DNA of 64,000 bases from an uncultured Candidatus Micrarchaeota archaeon (GCA_963760035.1 CAVXBR010000011.1:365-64364); one strand, 5' to 3'; numbered from the stretch's first letter, positions 41,994 through 51,553 are shown. Program-made: numbers and translations. The notes: a model not told the origin generated them from the letters alone.

Positions 41994-42992
41994 TCAGATT
42001 ATTTGCAGAGCTAAGAAAATACCGAGAGCAACAACGATGCCAAATAGCAGGAACGGTATCGCCGGCAGAGGCCGCTTGTACTTCTTCAGCACGTACATAG
42101 TCAGGCAGAGTCCGAGCAGTGATCCTAAAACCACCACGAAGCTCAGCCTGAAGTTCAGGTGAACCGTATAGGCGGAGATGGCCAGCATCAGGGGGGCCAT
42201 CAGGTCTCCTGTACCCAATCCAGTCCTTGCGGAGAGCGGCACCATTCCACTCGAGACCACCGCCTTCGTGAGGGGACCTCTCGATGAGATCTCCTTCTTT
42301 GCCTTGAGATAATCGCTGCGTTCCTTGTGGCTCAATGAGCTGAGCGGCACCGCCTCTATCTCGTTGGCCATTATCATCAATGAAAGATTGTTGTTCACGG
42401 CCGCGTTGGCAAGCGCGATCATGTGCTTCGTTATGAAGACCGCTATGAAGTCGTAGACAGCTAGGAGGACCATGAAAACGAATGCGAACCAGAAGGGCAC
42501 CGACAGCCCCAGTGCGAGTCCCGCGCCCACGCTGGCTATCATTGCTGTAACATTCCGCAGCCTCGGCAGCTTCAGCTTTGCGGCCGTCAGCAGCAGCGCG
42601 CAGGCGGCAGCAAGAAGAAACGCCCCCAGGGACGGGCCGCTCCCCAGTATCATGTTAAAGGCGTGGCCGGTGAATGAGCCTATCACCAGCAGGAAGAAGA
42701 TAAATGAGGCGAAGCCCACTATCCAGACCTCCAATAGGAGGAAGAGCTTGTCAGTCTTGAGGAACCTGAATGCGAGGGTCAGTATTATCGAGAATACCGC
42801 AATCGCCACTATGATCGATATGACGTAGCCTATGCCTCCCGATAAGATAGAGCCTATCTGGAGGGTCGTAACTTGCGAGAAGTTCACCCCTGAAAAGACC
42901 TGTGTGGCGATCAGCAGTCCGAGGAACTGCACGATCAGGAACATTGATATTATGTAGAGGAGCTGCCTTGCCTCGATCACATTCGTTGCCAA
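41994..42992 (-). CDS. presenilin/signal-peptide-peptidase-like intramembrane aspartyl protease (A22 family)
   Basis: Polytopic, with catalytic YD (LAVYDFIAVF) and GxGD (GLGTGDLM) motifs and a C-terminal PAL-like PAI. Confidence 0.7.
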   Translation of the reverse strand: MATNVIEARQLLYIISMFLIVQFLGLLIATQVFSGVNFSQVTTLQIGSILSGGIGYVISIIVAIAVFSIILTLAFRFLKTDKLFLLLEVWIVGFASFIFFLLVIGSFTGHAFNMILGSGPSLGAFLLAAACALLLTAAKLKLPRLRNVTAMIASVGAGLALGLSVPFWFAFVFMVLLAVYDFIAVFITKHMIALANAAVNNNLSLMIMANEIEAVPLSSLSHKERSDYLKAKKEISSRGPLTKAVVSSGMVPLSARTGLGTGDLMAPLMLAISAYTVHLNFRLSFVVVLGSLLGLCLTMYVLKKYKRPLPAIPFLLFGIVVALGIFLALQII

Positions 42993-43000
42993 CCCATCAC

Positions 43001-43996
43001 CTATGCCGGCAGAGCGGCTATGTCCTTGAATGCATGGAGCTGGGTCCCGACCTCGTCGTCCGAATTAAACACCTCTATCCTTACCCTCGTTCTTTCGGCC
43101 TCCGACAGCACCTCCTGGACGTCCGGCTTTCCTATGAAGCTGTCGTTCACTATCACCGTATCGGCCATTCCTGACTCGACGAACTCCTTGACCTCCTCGA
43201 CTCCGTACTTCGATCTTCCCGAAGATAGCCCTGAGAGGAACTTCTCCATGAGGAGGAACTCCATTCTAATTCTCTCGCGCTCGAGCAGCTTGGCCACCGC
43301 ATCGCTCCTTATGAGCTCGTAGATGCCCGACCTCTCCGAGTTTGATGAGGGTGAGAAGACCAGCTTCTTGCCGAGCTTCTGTATTATGCCCTTGTCCTCG
43401 CCGTACTTCTTTATGTCGTCCTTGGCGAAGCCCGGCCCCGCCATGACTATCGTGTCCACATCCATGTTCCCCGCTACCGATAGGACCTTCTCATAGTACT
43501 TGTTCTGCTGCTCGGTGAAGTCTTTCTGGCTCATGCGCTTGCTGAGGCCGCTGTAGATCTCGTTCTTGAATTCGACGCCATAGCCGAGCAGATAGGCGGG
43601 CAGTGCCTTCTCCTCATCAACGACCATCAGCCCGAGCCTGGGCCTCCTAGTGTCGGAGACCGCGCTCTTCACCACCTGTATCACGTAGCCGGGCCACTTC
43701 TCCTTAGCTATCTCCAGCACGTCGCCCGGCGCCGAGTTTATGGTGTGGTAGCTGTTTAGGCGTACATACTCGAGCGGCTTGCCGTCGAGTATCTTGCCGC
43801 TTATCCTGAGCCTTGACGCTGCCTTGTCGAGCTCGCTCTTCTCGACCCGGAGCGTTATGAAGACCTTCTTCAGCTCTCCTTTTCCTCCGTCCTCCGGCTT
43901 GAACTTGCGCTCGCTTTCCGACATCACTATGTCTCCGGAGAAGAGCACCCGCTGGAGGGACCAGAGGTCCTCCATCGTCTCGATGCGGACCTTCAT
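43001..43996 (-). CDS. pelA: Pelota (Dom34) mRNA surveillance/ribosome rescue factor
   Basis: N-terminal EDLWSLQRVLFSGDIV and eRF1-like central and C-terminal domains. 331 aa. Confidence 0.85.
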   Translation of the reverse strand: MKVRIETMEDLWSLQRVLFSGDIVMSESERKFKPEDGGKGELKKVFITLRVEKSELDKAASRLRISGKILDGKPLEYVRLNSYHTINSAPGDVLEIAKEKWPGYVIQVVKSAVSDTRRPRLGLMVVDEEKALPAYLLGYGVEFKNEIYSGLSKRMSQKDFTEQQNKYYEKVLSVAGNMDVDTIVMAGPGFAKDDIKKYGEDKGIIQKLGKKLVFSPSSNSERSGIYELIRSDAVAKLLERERIRMEFLLMEKFLSGLSSGRSKYGVEEVKEFVESGMADTVIVNDSFIGKPDVQEVLSEAERTRVRIEVFNSDDEVGTQLHAFKDIAALPA

Positions 43997-44133
43997 CAGG
44001 CCCGTGCTCTCGTAGAACTTTATTATCTTCGTGGTCTCACTGGATAGGATAGCCCTGCAATTAATATAACACTTGTGCAGATTCCGCTTCTGAGCTCAGA
44101 TGGGCAGTTTTACTGACGAAAATACGACGATAG

Positions 44134-44143
44134 ATATTTAAAT
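44134..44143 (+). promoter_or_regulatory. TATA box (ATATTTAAAT) for 44174..44398
   Basis: Lies 31-40 nt upstream of the ATG. Confidence 0.45.
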
Positions 44144-44173
44144 CTATCCAGAACAGTATATTTGGTGAATTTT

Positions 44174-44398
44174 ATGGCAGAAAGAATCGGAGCTGAAAAG
44201 CTGTCCAGAGATGACGGATACCTATACTACCTCGGCAAGGACGGGTTTGTATGGAGGACGCCGATGAAGACGAACTCTCGTGGAAGAAAGTCGAGGGTCG
44301 GAAGTGAGAAGGTAAAGAGAGACAAGGGATACCTTTACTTCATCGACAAGAGCGGATACGTCGCAAGGGCAAAGATGAACAGGCGCGGGAGGAGATAA
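44174..44398 (+). CDS. small basic protein with an internal tandem repeat
   Basis: SRDDGYLYYLGKDGFVWRTPMK and KRDKGYLYFIDKSGYVARAKMN are two copies of one module. ATG at 44174 preferred over the TTG at 44162. Confidence 0.5.
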   Translation: MAERIGAEKLSRDDGYLYYLGKDGFVWRTPMKTNSRGRKSRVGSEKVKRDKGYLYFIDKSGYVARAKMNRRGRR

Positions 44399-44548
44399 TC
44401 CTTTCGTAGCTTACGGTGTGGGGGTTAGACACAGTACTTTTGTTTTGTAGTCTGCCCCACTCCTTAGTCTTTAATCCTGACTTTTCTTATCGACATCCAG
44501 TAGAAACGGGTTTTTATTACTTCCGTGTGCTTAAATTAGCGTGATGGT

Positions 44549-44905
44549 ATGGCAACTGCTATGAAAGGCAAAAGGTCAATAGGGATAACAGCACTTGCGG
44601 CGTTCTTTATACTAGGCGCATTGGCTTTGCTTGCTTTAGGGCTATTGGCGGTTGCAGGATCTGCTATAATTGGCATACCTTTTGTGCTATTGGGACTTTT
44701 TGCATTTGTAGTCGCCTATGGCTTATTGAAGATGGAGAGGTGGGGCTGGTGGGCGGCCGTAATATGGATATGCATCGGCACGGTGGGAAGTATCATCGGG
44801 GCAGTATTGACTGCTAACCTAGGCGGTATTCTCGGGATAGTAATAGGCATTTCTATTGTTTATTATCTCACCAGGCCCGACACCAAGAAATTGTTCGGCG
44901 TGTAG
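44549..44905 (+). CDS. small polytopic membrane protein (WGWW motif family)
   Basis: Paralogue of 8158..8580 (MERWGWWAAVI...IVYYLTRPDTKKLF). Confidence 0.5.
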   Translation: MATAMKGKRSIGITALAAFFILGALALLALGLLAVAGSAIIGIPFVLLGLFAFVVAYGLLKMERWGWWAAVIWICIGTVGSIIGAVLTANLGGILGIVIGISIVYYLTRPDTKKLFGV

Positions 44906-44974
44906 ACATTTAGAACTTTCTTGGTAAGCCCAAATGTTATAAACCTATCCTGAGAAGCAGTTAGCGGTGTGAAT

Positions 44975-45796
44975 ATGCCGCACGACGCTTATATGAGAGT
45001 AAGGAAACTGGGTGTCTACTCTTCGGCCAGGACGCTCGCCATTTTCGGTGTGGCGCTTGGCGTAATAACCTTTATCTTCATGGTTGGGCTTGGCGCTTCA
45101 GGGCTATCGCCCCGTCTGACGCTCGGCGCCGGGCTGATGGTGGGAGTCGTGCTGCTGGTGCTTTGGATCGTCGGCCTATTCGTCCTGGGCGCAGTTGGAA
45201 CCTTCCTTTACAACGTAATTACCCGCATAGTTGGCCCGCTGAAGGTCGTCATCACTAAAGATGTGCTCAAGAAGGTAGATCCTCTCTCCTACGCCAAGAT
45301 AGCCTTCGTATTCAGCCTCATAATATACAGCATTTTTGCGCTTACGGCATCGTCTGTCCTTCTCGCTACGGTGGGTATAAGCACCACCTCCTCAAGCTTC
45401 CCGCTCATAATAATTGTGGGAGCCTTTATTTTTGCCCTGGTGGTCTACGGGTTCATCCTGCCCTACGTCTGGGCACTGGTGTACAACTGGCTGGCTGAAA
45501 AGATGAAGGGCGTCGGCATTGTGATCAAGGACGGCGTCCTCCAGAGCATCAATGTCTGGTCCTATGTTAAGATATTCCTGGCTCTATCCGTGATCGTCTT
45601 CGTCGTTGAGAGGATCATAGGCACCATAGCGGGTTTTGCGTTGAATATATCCCAGGCCAACCCGCTCTTCGTCACCTTCGTCGGCTTCATCGCGGTCATT
45701 GTTGCTTCGCTGGTCGTCAACGCGCTGCTGGCCTGGTTCTACAACGTCGTAGCGAAGAGGTTCGGTGGCTGCGGGATCGACCTTGAGAAGAAGTAG
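44975..45796 (+). CDS. hypothetical polytopic membrane protein
   Basis: Multiple hydrophobic helices. ATG at 44975 preferred over the GTG at 44969. Confidence 0.45.
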   Translation: MPHDAYMRVRKLGVYSSARTLAIFGVALGVITFIFMVGLGASGLSPRLTLGAGLMVGVVLLVLWIVGLFVLGAVGTFLYNVITRIVGPLKVVITKDVLKKVDPLSYAKIAFVFSLIIYSIFALTASSVLLATVGISTTSSSFPLIIIVGAFIFALVVYGFILPYVWALVYNWLAEKMKGVGIVIKDGVLQSINVWSYVKIFLALSVIVFVVERIIGTIAGFALNISQANPLFVTFVGFIAVIVASLVVNALLAWFYNVVAKRFGGCGIDLEKK

Positions 45797-45802
45797 ATGG
45801 GC

Positions 45803-46198
45803 TCAGATCTTGGCGGTCGAGCCTTCCTTTATTTTGTTCTTCATTAGCTCTCCTGCGTTGAGCTCTATCAGGTAGTGCGCCTGGACCTTGGGCGAATATT
45901 GGGGGCAGTCGAAGAGCGATTGGCAGGGCTTGATGTTTGTCTTCGTGTCCAGGACCAGGCCATCTTTGTCGAGCCAGGCCACGTCGATTGGAAACTTCAT
46001 GTTGCGCATCCATATGCTGTGGTAGCCAGGGCCGCCGAAGAGGAAGAGCATGCACGATCCCTCTGGCAGCGACTCCCTGAACATAAGTCCTATCGCCCTC
46101 TTCGTTGATGTATCAGCTACTATCGCGCTGTACCTCTTGCCTGCTATGCTTATCGTACGGGTATCGTACTTCTGCATCCTATAGAGGAGTTTCAGCAT
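45803..46198 (-). CDS. DUF192-family protein
   Basis: AIGLMFRESLPEGSCMLF...MRNMKFPIDVAWLDKDG matches the DUF192 (COG1430) pattern. Confidence 0.6.
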   Translation of the reverse strand: MLKLLYRMQKYDTRTISIAGKRYSAIVADTSTKRAIGLMFRESLPEGSCMLFLFGGPGYHSIWMRNMKFPIDVAWLDKDGLVLDTKTNIKPCQSLFDCPQYSPKVQAHYLIELNAGELMKNKIKEGSTAKI

Positions 46199-46210
46199 AA
46201 GATAAGCACC

Positions 46211-47830
46211 CTAGGCCATCAGGGAGAGGCTCTGCTCCCGCAGGAACTGCTGCAGATAGAATTTGCTGCCTGTTCCCTTGCCCGTGAAGCTGCTGGCCTT
46301 CCACCCGACAAAGGTATGCGTGCCCACCATGGCACCCGTGGTGGCGCTGGCCTCGCGGTTCACGTAGACCACGCCGGCCTGTATTCCATCCGTGAAGCTC
46401 TTGATCTCCGATCTCTTCTTTCCGTAGAAGCCTGCGGTGAGCCCGTAGTCGGTGTCGTTGGCGAGCTTCAATGCCTCGTCAAGCGTCTTGAAGGTTTCGA
46501 CCGTCAGGAGGGGCAGGAAGAGCTCTGTCCTTACCAGCTCGCTGTCATGCTTGGCCTCCACCAGAGTTGGTTCAACATAGTAGCCCCCGAGACCCGTCTT
46601 GACCTCATTGCCTCCATGGAGTATGCGCCCCGTTGACCTCGCGATCTGTATCGCCTCAATATACTTCTTGTAGGCCTTCTCTCCCATGAGGGGGCCCAGA
46701 TATATCCCCTTGCTGACGGGGTTGCCTATCTTCATGCCCCTGGCCTTCTCTATTATCTTAGCGACCAGCTCGTCCTTTGCAGATTCATGGACGTAGAGGC
46801 GGGAGAGCGCGCTGCACTTCTGCCCGCAGTAGCCGAATGCCGCGCTCGCGATGCCGTTGGCAGCCATGTCCAGATCCGCGCCCTTCGCTACAATTGTCGG
46901 GTTCTTCCCGCTCATCTCGACTATGAACTGCTTGTGGTTGCCGCTCGAAACTGACTCTGTCAGCATGGCTTCGCCGGTGGTGCGCGATCCGGTGAAGGCG
47001 ATGCCCTTAACCGACCTGTTGTAGATAATCTCCTTGCCGAATGCAGGGCCGGGCCCGGTAACGTAGTTGAATACTCCTGCAGGGAGTCCGGCATCCTTGA
47101 AGAGCTGGTAGATCTTTACTCCTGTCAGCATGGTTGCGTTGTCTGTGCAAGAGGGCTTGAAGACCACCGTGTTGCCTGTTATGAGGGCGGCCGTGCTCAT
47201 CCCTATCGATATCGAGACCGGAAAGTTGAATGGCGCGATGACGGCGAAGACGCCGTAGGGCTTAAGCGCGATTGTTACTTTTTCACTTGAGGGCGCGCCC
47301 TGAAAGCCGGCGGAGTGTGTCGGTACTCCCTGAAGTGATCTCTTCCTCACAAATCCCCTATTGGACTCCATCTCCGAGGCATAGTACCTCATGAAGTCTA
47401 TGCCCTCATCGACCTCGCCCACTGACTCATAGCGCGTCTTGCCGTTTTCGTAGCTCAGAGCCGCGGCCATCTCAAACTTCTGTTGGGAGAGCAGGTCGGC
47501 CGCCTTTCTGAATATGGATATCCTCGCTGTGTAGTCGAGCTCTGACCATTCCGCGAAGGCCTTTTCGGCGGCTGCCACGGCTGCTGAAAAGTTTGACTGA
47601 CCAGCTTTTTGGAACTTGCCGATTATTATCCCGTTGTCTATGGGCGAGCGTTCAATTATCTTCTCCTGGCAGAGGACCGCTGATCCGCCTATGTAGAGAG
47701 GGTATTCGGAACCGAAAGAGCCGTGCCTGGCCTCGGCTGCGATGTCGAAGAGGTGGTCGAACTCCGCCTCCTTTCCGGATTCGAGGAAGCCTTTGTAGGT
47801 TGATTCATTGGTGAACTTCTCTTTTGCCAT
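46211..47830 (-). CDS. aldehyde dehydrogenase, probable L-glutamate gamma-semialdehyde (P5C) dehydrogenase
   Basis: ALDH motifs FTGSRTTGE, EMSGKNPTIV (catalytic Glu) and GQKCSALSR (catalytic Cys). Start moved to MAKEKF (47830). A proline dehydrogenase gene lies nearby. Confidence 0.8.
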   Translation of the reverse strand: MAKEKFTNESTYKGFLESGKEAEFDHLFDIAAEARHGSFGSEYPLYIGGSAVLCQEKIIERSPIDNGIIIGKFQKAGQSNFSAAVAAAEKAFAEWSELDYTARISIFRKAADLLSQQKFEMAAALSYENGKTRYESVGEVDEGIDFMRYYASEMESNRGFVRKRSLQGVPTHSAGFQGAPSSEKVTIALKPYGVFAVIAPFNFPVSISIGMSTAALITGNTVVFKPSCTDNATMLTGVKIYQLFKDAGLPAGVFNYVTGPGPAFGKEIIYNRSVKGIAFTGSRTTGEAMLTESVSSGNHKQFIVEMSGKNPTIVAKGADLDMAANGIASAAFGYCGQKCSALSRLYVHESAKDELVAKIIEKARGMKIGNPVSKGIYLGPLMGEKAYKKYIEAIQIARSTGRILHGGNEVKTGLGGYYVEPTLVEAKHDSELVRTELFLPLLTVETFKTLDEALKLANDTDYGLTAGFYGKKRSEIKSFTDGIQAGVVYVNREASATTGAMVGTHTFVGWKASSFTGKGTGSKFYLQQFLREQSLSLMA

Positions 47831-47840
47831 GTTATCTCCG

Positions 47841-49148
47841 CTATACCTTCGCGTTGGTTGAGCAGTAGCCCGAGTAGAAGGGTATCGGGTAGTCGCTGGC
47901 CTGGTTCCAGCCAACTATTCCAGTGGGACCCAGGTCTGAGTAGAGGACCGTCTGGGAGGCGTTGCCCCGTCCGCCGACGCAGAAGATGTTGTTTTTGTTG
48001 GATGTGCAGACGGTGCCGATCAGCTGCTCGGGATATGGTGAGGTGGGTATCCAGTTGCCGACCGAACCGCTGGCGGTTATGGGAGCGTAAAACGCTGGCG
48101 AGCTCTGGTTCTGGAACGACTGAAGCAGCTCGCTGGAGTTCATGCTCCTGGACATGGTGTAGTTGACGTTGAAGCCGCCAAAGGTGAGCGATGTGGCCGA
48201 GCTTCCGATGCAGTAGATCGTGGAGTTTGATATGGCACAGGTACCGCCCTGGATGGGTATGGGTATCTGGGTTATGGGCCTCCATGTGCCCACGCCGGAT
48301 GATGATATCGGAGCATAGTAGTCGCTGCTGGTGCTGAGCGGCGGCAGGCTCCCGTTCGTTATCTCATTAGCCGTAACCGTAGCGCTTATGCTCTTTAGGT
48401 AGTTCACCTCTGCCGTAACGTTGGTGTAGCTGTCGCCTATGCAGTAGATGTAGCCGTTGTAGGCGTTGCACTGGGCGCTGTAGAACGGGATCGGATAACT
48501 TGTCGTCTGCTTCCACGTCCCTATCCCGCTTGGGCCGACAGCCGCATAGAAGACGTCCTCCGAGTCGGATCGGTTTGATGTGCCGACGCAGTAGATGTGG
48601 CCGTTGTAGGCCGTGCAGCTGCCCGAGGTGAATGGAACAGGATAGCTAGATGTCTGGTTCCAGCCGCCGACACCGAACGGTGAGAGGGGAGCGTAGTAGG
48701 CCTGCCTTGTCCTATTCTTGAAGATTAGGCTGGAGTCACCCACGCAGTAGACCGTGCCTCCGGTGGAGGCGCACGAGCCGTCGAGGAATGGTATTGGATA
48801 ACCTGTCGTTTGCTTCCAGGACTCGGCCCCGATCTCGTCCATTTGGGAGTAGTAGCTCTGGTTGAATCCAGGGGTTGGCGACCCGACGCAGTATTCATAG
48901 AATATGGTGGTGGTCGAGGCATTGTTAGGGGTAAGAAGCTGCTGTATGTAATTGGAGTAGTTGAAAGACGAGTTGGTCGACTGGTTGGGGCCCGAAGTCG
49001 TTATGGTGGTTGTCGCTAGGGTCGTCTGGTTTGTGGCATTATTCGGGTTTAGCGTGGTGGTTGGATTTATTATGTTGGCGGAGGTGACATTCGGGGGTTG
49101 GCTGCCCTGCTGGCCCCTTTTTGACGGACCAGAGTGGGGTAGGACCAC
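47841..49148 (-). CDS. secreted six-bladed beta-propeller (Kelch-like repeat) protein
   Basis: Six repeats of the form (Y/F)YAP...G(I/V)G.W..T..YP.P......C.......IYC(I/V)G, preceded by an Asn/Thr-rich linker. The N-terminus is uncertain (see findings). Confidence 0.55.
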   Translation of the reverse strand: MVLPHSGPSKRGQQGSQPPNVTSANIINPTTTLNPNNATNQTTLATTTITTSGPNQSTNSSFNYSNYIQQLLTPNNASTTTIFYEYCVGSPTPGFNQSYYSQMDEIGAESWKQTTGYPIPFLDGSCASTGGTVYCVGDSSLIFKNRTRQAYYAPLSPFGVGGWNQTSSYPVPFTSGSCTAYNGHIYCVGTSNRSDSEDVFYAAVGPSGIGTWKQTTSYPIPFYSAQCNAYNGYIYCIGDSYTNVTAEVNYLKSISATVTANEITNGSLPPLSTSSDYYAPISSSGVGTWRPITQIPIPIQGGTCAISNSTIYCIGSSATSLTFGGFNVNYTMSRSMNSSELLQSFQNQSSPAFYAPITASGSVGNWIPTSPYPEQLIGTVCTSNKNNIFCVGGRGNASQTVLYSDLGPTGIVGWNQASDYPIPFYSGYCSTNAKV

Positions 49149-49284
49149 TATGAGGGCGGCTATGCATAGTATCAGGGCGCAGACGAGGCCCAGGATTATC
49201 TTGTTGTTCTGCTCTATGGAATCGCCACTAGCTTATGCCTGCCTATATTTATACACTTTTCCTTGCCGCTTTTGACTTGACCTT

Positions 49285-49845
49285 TCAGATCTTGTATACC
49301 CTGCCGAACAACCTGTTGAATATGCCTGCAAGGATGTTGTTTATCTTTTTGCTCTGGCTCTTCAGTAGTCCGGCAACCAGAAGGCTTATCACCACCCCTG
49401 CCACAATGTCGGTCAGGTAGTGCTGGGCGAGCAATAGCTTGCCGAACAGCAGCACTATTACCCATATTAGATAGAGGAGCTTCAGGTACCTTTGATTGAT
49501 AAAGAGGAAAAGTCCAGAGAGAATCATTGCATGGTTTGAAGGGAAGGAGTAGCCCGTATCGCAATAGGCCGTCATGTATTGCAGCCCTTGAAAGCTGCAT
49601 GGCCGGGGCTCCTTGACAATCATCTTTATGATGTCGCTTATCACGTATAGTATCAGGAAGGCGGCTGCGAATACGAAGGCGTTCCTGTCCCTCTTGAATA
49701 GGAGGTATAGGAAGATCAGAGGGATTACCACCAAATAGCTTTCCAGGAAGTAGGACATGATATGATAGAGAAGGGGGCTTCCAAGCTTTGCTACCGCTTC
49801 GTAGGCAGCCAGATTTAAACCCTGCAGTAAGTAAATTCCTACCAT
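49285..49845 (-). CDS. PAP2-family lipid phosphatase
   Basis: KEPRP, SFPSNH and HYLTDIVAG motifs (KxxxxxxRP / PSGH / SRxxxxxHxxxD pattern). Confidence 0.75.
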   Translation of the reverse strand: MVGIYLLQGLNLAAYEAVAKLGSPLLYHIMSYFLESYLVVIPLIFLYLLFKRDRNAFVFAAAFLILYVISDIIKMIVKEPRPCSFQGLQYMTAYCDTGYSFPSNHAMILSGLFLFINQRYLKLLYLIWVIVLLFGKLLLAQHYLTDIVAGVVISLLVAGLLKSQSKKINNILAGIFNRLFGRVYKI

Positions 49846-49869
49846 ACCTATCCTTTCTTACCAGCTTCG

Positions 49870-50130
49870 TCAGACTACGCCTAGCTTACCCAGAACCCTC
49901 CCCAGGTAGACCGTGACTATGACTGCTATTATCGTAACTACGATTGCGTATCCCAACATTGCGTAAAGCCCTCCTGCGGTGCCGAATATGATTGAGAATA
50001 GCTTCTGGATAGCGCTGTTCCAGGCCAATGCGGCAATAAGACCGAAGGCCGCTGTCATGAGACCCGTTATGTTCTTGACGGTCGCCTCCATTACCTCTTT
50101 CTTTGTCCCAGCGTTCTTTTTGACGGGCAT
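49870..50130 (-). CDS. small two-TM membrane protein
   Basis: 86-aa ORF with two hydrophobic helices around AWNSAIQKLF. Confidence 0.45.
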   Translation of the reverse strand: MPVKKNAGTKKEVMEATVKNITGLMTAAFGLIAALAWNSAIQKLFSIIFGTAGGLYAMLGYAIVVTIIAVIVTVYLGRVLGKLGVV

Positions 50131-50187
50131 ATTTACTTCTCTCTCACCCTCCCTAAAAACCTTTCGAACCGGTTCCCGTGAAGTCGG

Positions 50188-50913
50188 TCAGCCTTTCTTC
50201 AGCTTCTTTATGGCGTCATTGACCCCTAGATAAAGAAGCACCTGTCCCACCAGCGGTATGTTTATTATTGTGGTAGTCACCGCACCAATCTTTATGCTGG
50301 TGTTGTTGTAGGCAGAACCTACCTTCCAGAGGCCCCACAATGTTGCTATGGCATACACCAGACCGCCAACTACTAGGAAGATTAGGCCTAGTATGAAGAT
50401 AACGTTCTTTATCGTGTTAAAGGTGTTGCACATTGTGGAAATCACCGCGTCGTTTGGCGTGTTTGGCAGGGTGGAGCTACCACTACAGAGCATGGAAGCC
50501 GATGGGGCGTTAACTCCGGCTGATTGGCCGCCACTAACACTAACAATCGAAAGTAGGAAAAAGGGGGACAGAGCCGCTGCTATTACACCTAATAACCCGA
50601 TCACTAGTAGTATACCGCCTAAAATGACCGCGATGCGCGCCTTCCTCAGACCCTTTTCCTTAGATGAAAGCAACCTGAAGGCACCCATAATGAGCCAGAT
50701 GGAGATAACAGCAACAACCAAAATGCCGGCGTAGGTAATTACCATAACGGCAACTGTCGCGGTGCCATTCGCAGCGAAGAAACTGGCGCTCGCAGATATA
50801 ACAAAGACTAACAACAGCAGAAGCAGTTGGATCAGTGCATACCACTTTATCTTGTTCAGGCCTTCAAGTTCGGCTGAAACATTTTTTGGCATACGACCAT
50901 CTTTTCCTCTCAT
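50188..50913 (-). CDS. hypothetical polytopic membrane protein
   Basis: 241-aa ORF with about 6 hydrophobic helices. Confidence 0.4.
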   Translation of the reverse strand: MRGKDGRMPKNVSAELEGLNKIKWYALIQLLLLLLVFVISASASFFAANGTATVAVMVITYAGILVVAVISIWLIMGAFRLLSSKEKGLRKARIAVILGGILLVIGLLGVIAAALSPFFLLSIVSVSGGQSAGVNAPSASMLCSGSSTLPNTPNDAVISTMCNTFNTIKNVIFILGLIFLVVGGLVYAIATLWGLWKVGSAYNNTSIKIGAVTTTIINIPLVGQVLLYLGVNDAIKKLKKG

Positions 50914-50966
50914 TAATCATCCTGAGCCAAGATTAATAGCCCTATTGCAGTCTTCTAAAGTTGAGG

Positions 50967-51533
50967 CTAGTGGAACTCCTCTCCTCTCGCAAGCATCGCA
51001 ATTATGGAATCCGTCTTTTCCATTCTTCTTTTTCCATCCCTTATGGTATGGAGTCTGAATATTATGGCGTAGACATTTGATCGGTTCAGCGTCTTGAGAA
51101 ACGCCTTTGCCTTTTTGTTTTTGTTTATTTTCTCCAGGAAGTCAGGAGGAAGTGTTGCAGTCTTCTGAGGTTCGTATGCCCTTTCCCATCTTCCGTCCGC
51201 CTTCGCCTCTTCTATCTCTTTCATCCCACCAGGCTTCATCCTACCCGCCCTGATCAGTCTTTCGGCATGGACGGTATTGATCTTTGACCACAGACTTCTC
51301 GGCCTGCGAGGGCAAAAGTACCAGAGTATCGATATCTTGTCATAGGGCTTGGCCTGCCCGGTGATCCATCCGTAGCAGAGGGCTATGTCAAGGGCGTCAG
51401 AGCCAGTTACAGAAGGCCTATGGGAGTCCTTCTTGTAGCGGCGCATCCATATGCCGCTTGACTTGGAATGGTTTTTGCTGAGCCAAGCCCCCCACTGCTC
51501 TGCAGATTTAAACCCTATTATTTTCGCCAACAT
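50967..51533 (-). CDS. YdeI/OmpD-associated (DUF1801-related) family protein
   Basis: WLSKNH...GIWMR..KK......VT..DALDIALCYGWI matches the N-terminal YdeI family pattern. Confidence 0.6.
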   Translation of the reverse strand: MLAKIIGFKSAEQWGAWLSKNHSKSSGIWMRRYKKDSHRPSVTGSDALDIALCYGWITGQAKPYDKISILWYFCPRRPRSLWSKINTVHAERLIRAGRMKPGGMKEIEEAKADGRWERAYEPQKTATLPPDFLEKINKNKKAKAFLKTLNRSNVYAIIFRLHTIRDGKRRMEKTDSIIAMLARGEEFH

Positions 51534-51553
51534 ACCAGCTCAAATAAATATCA

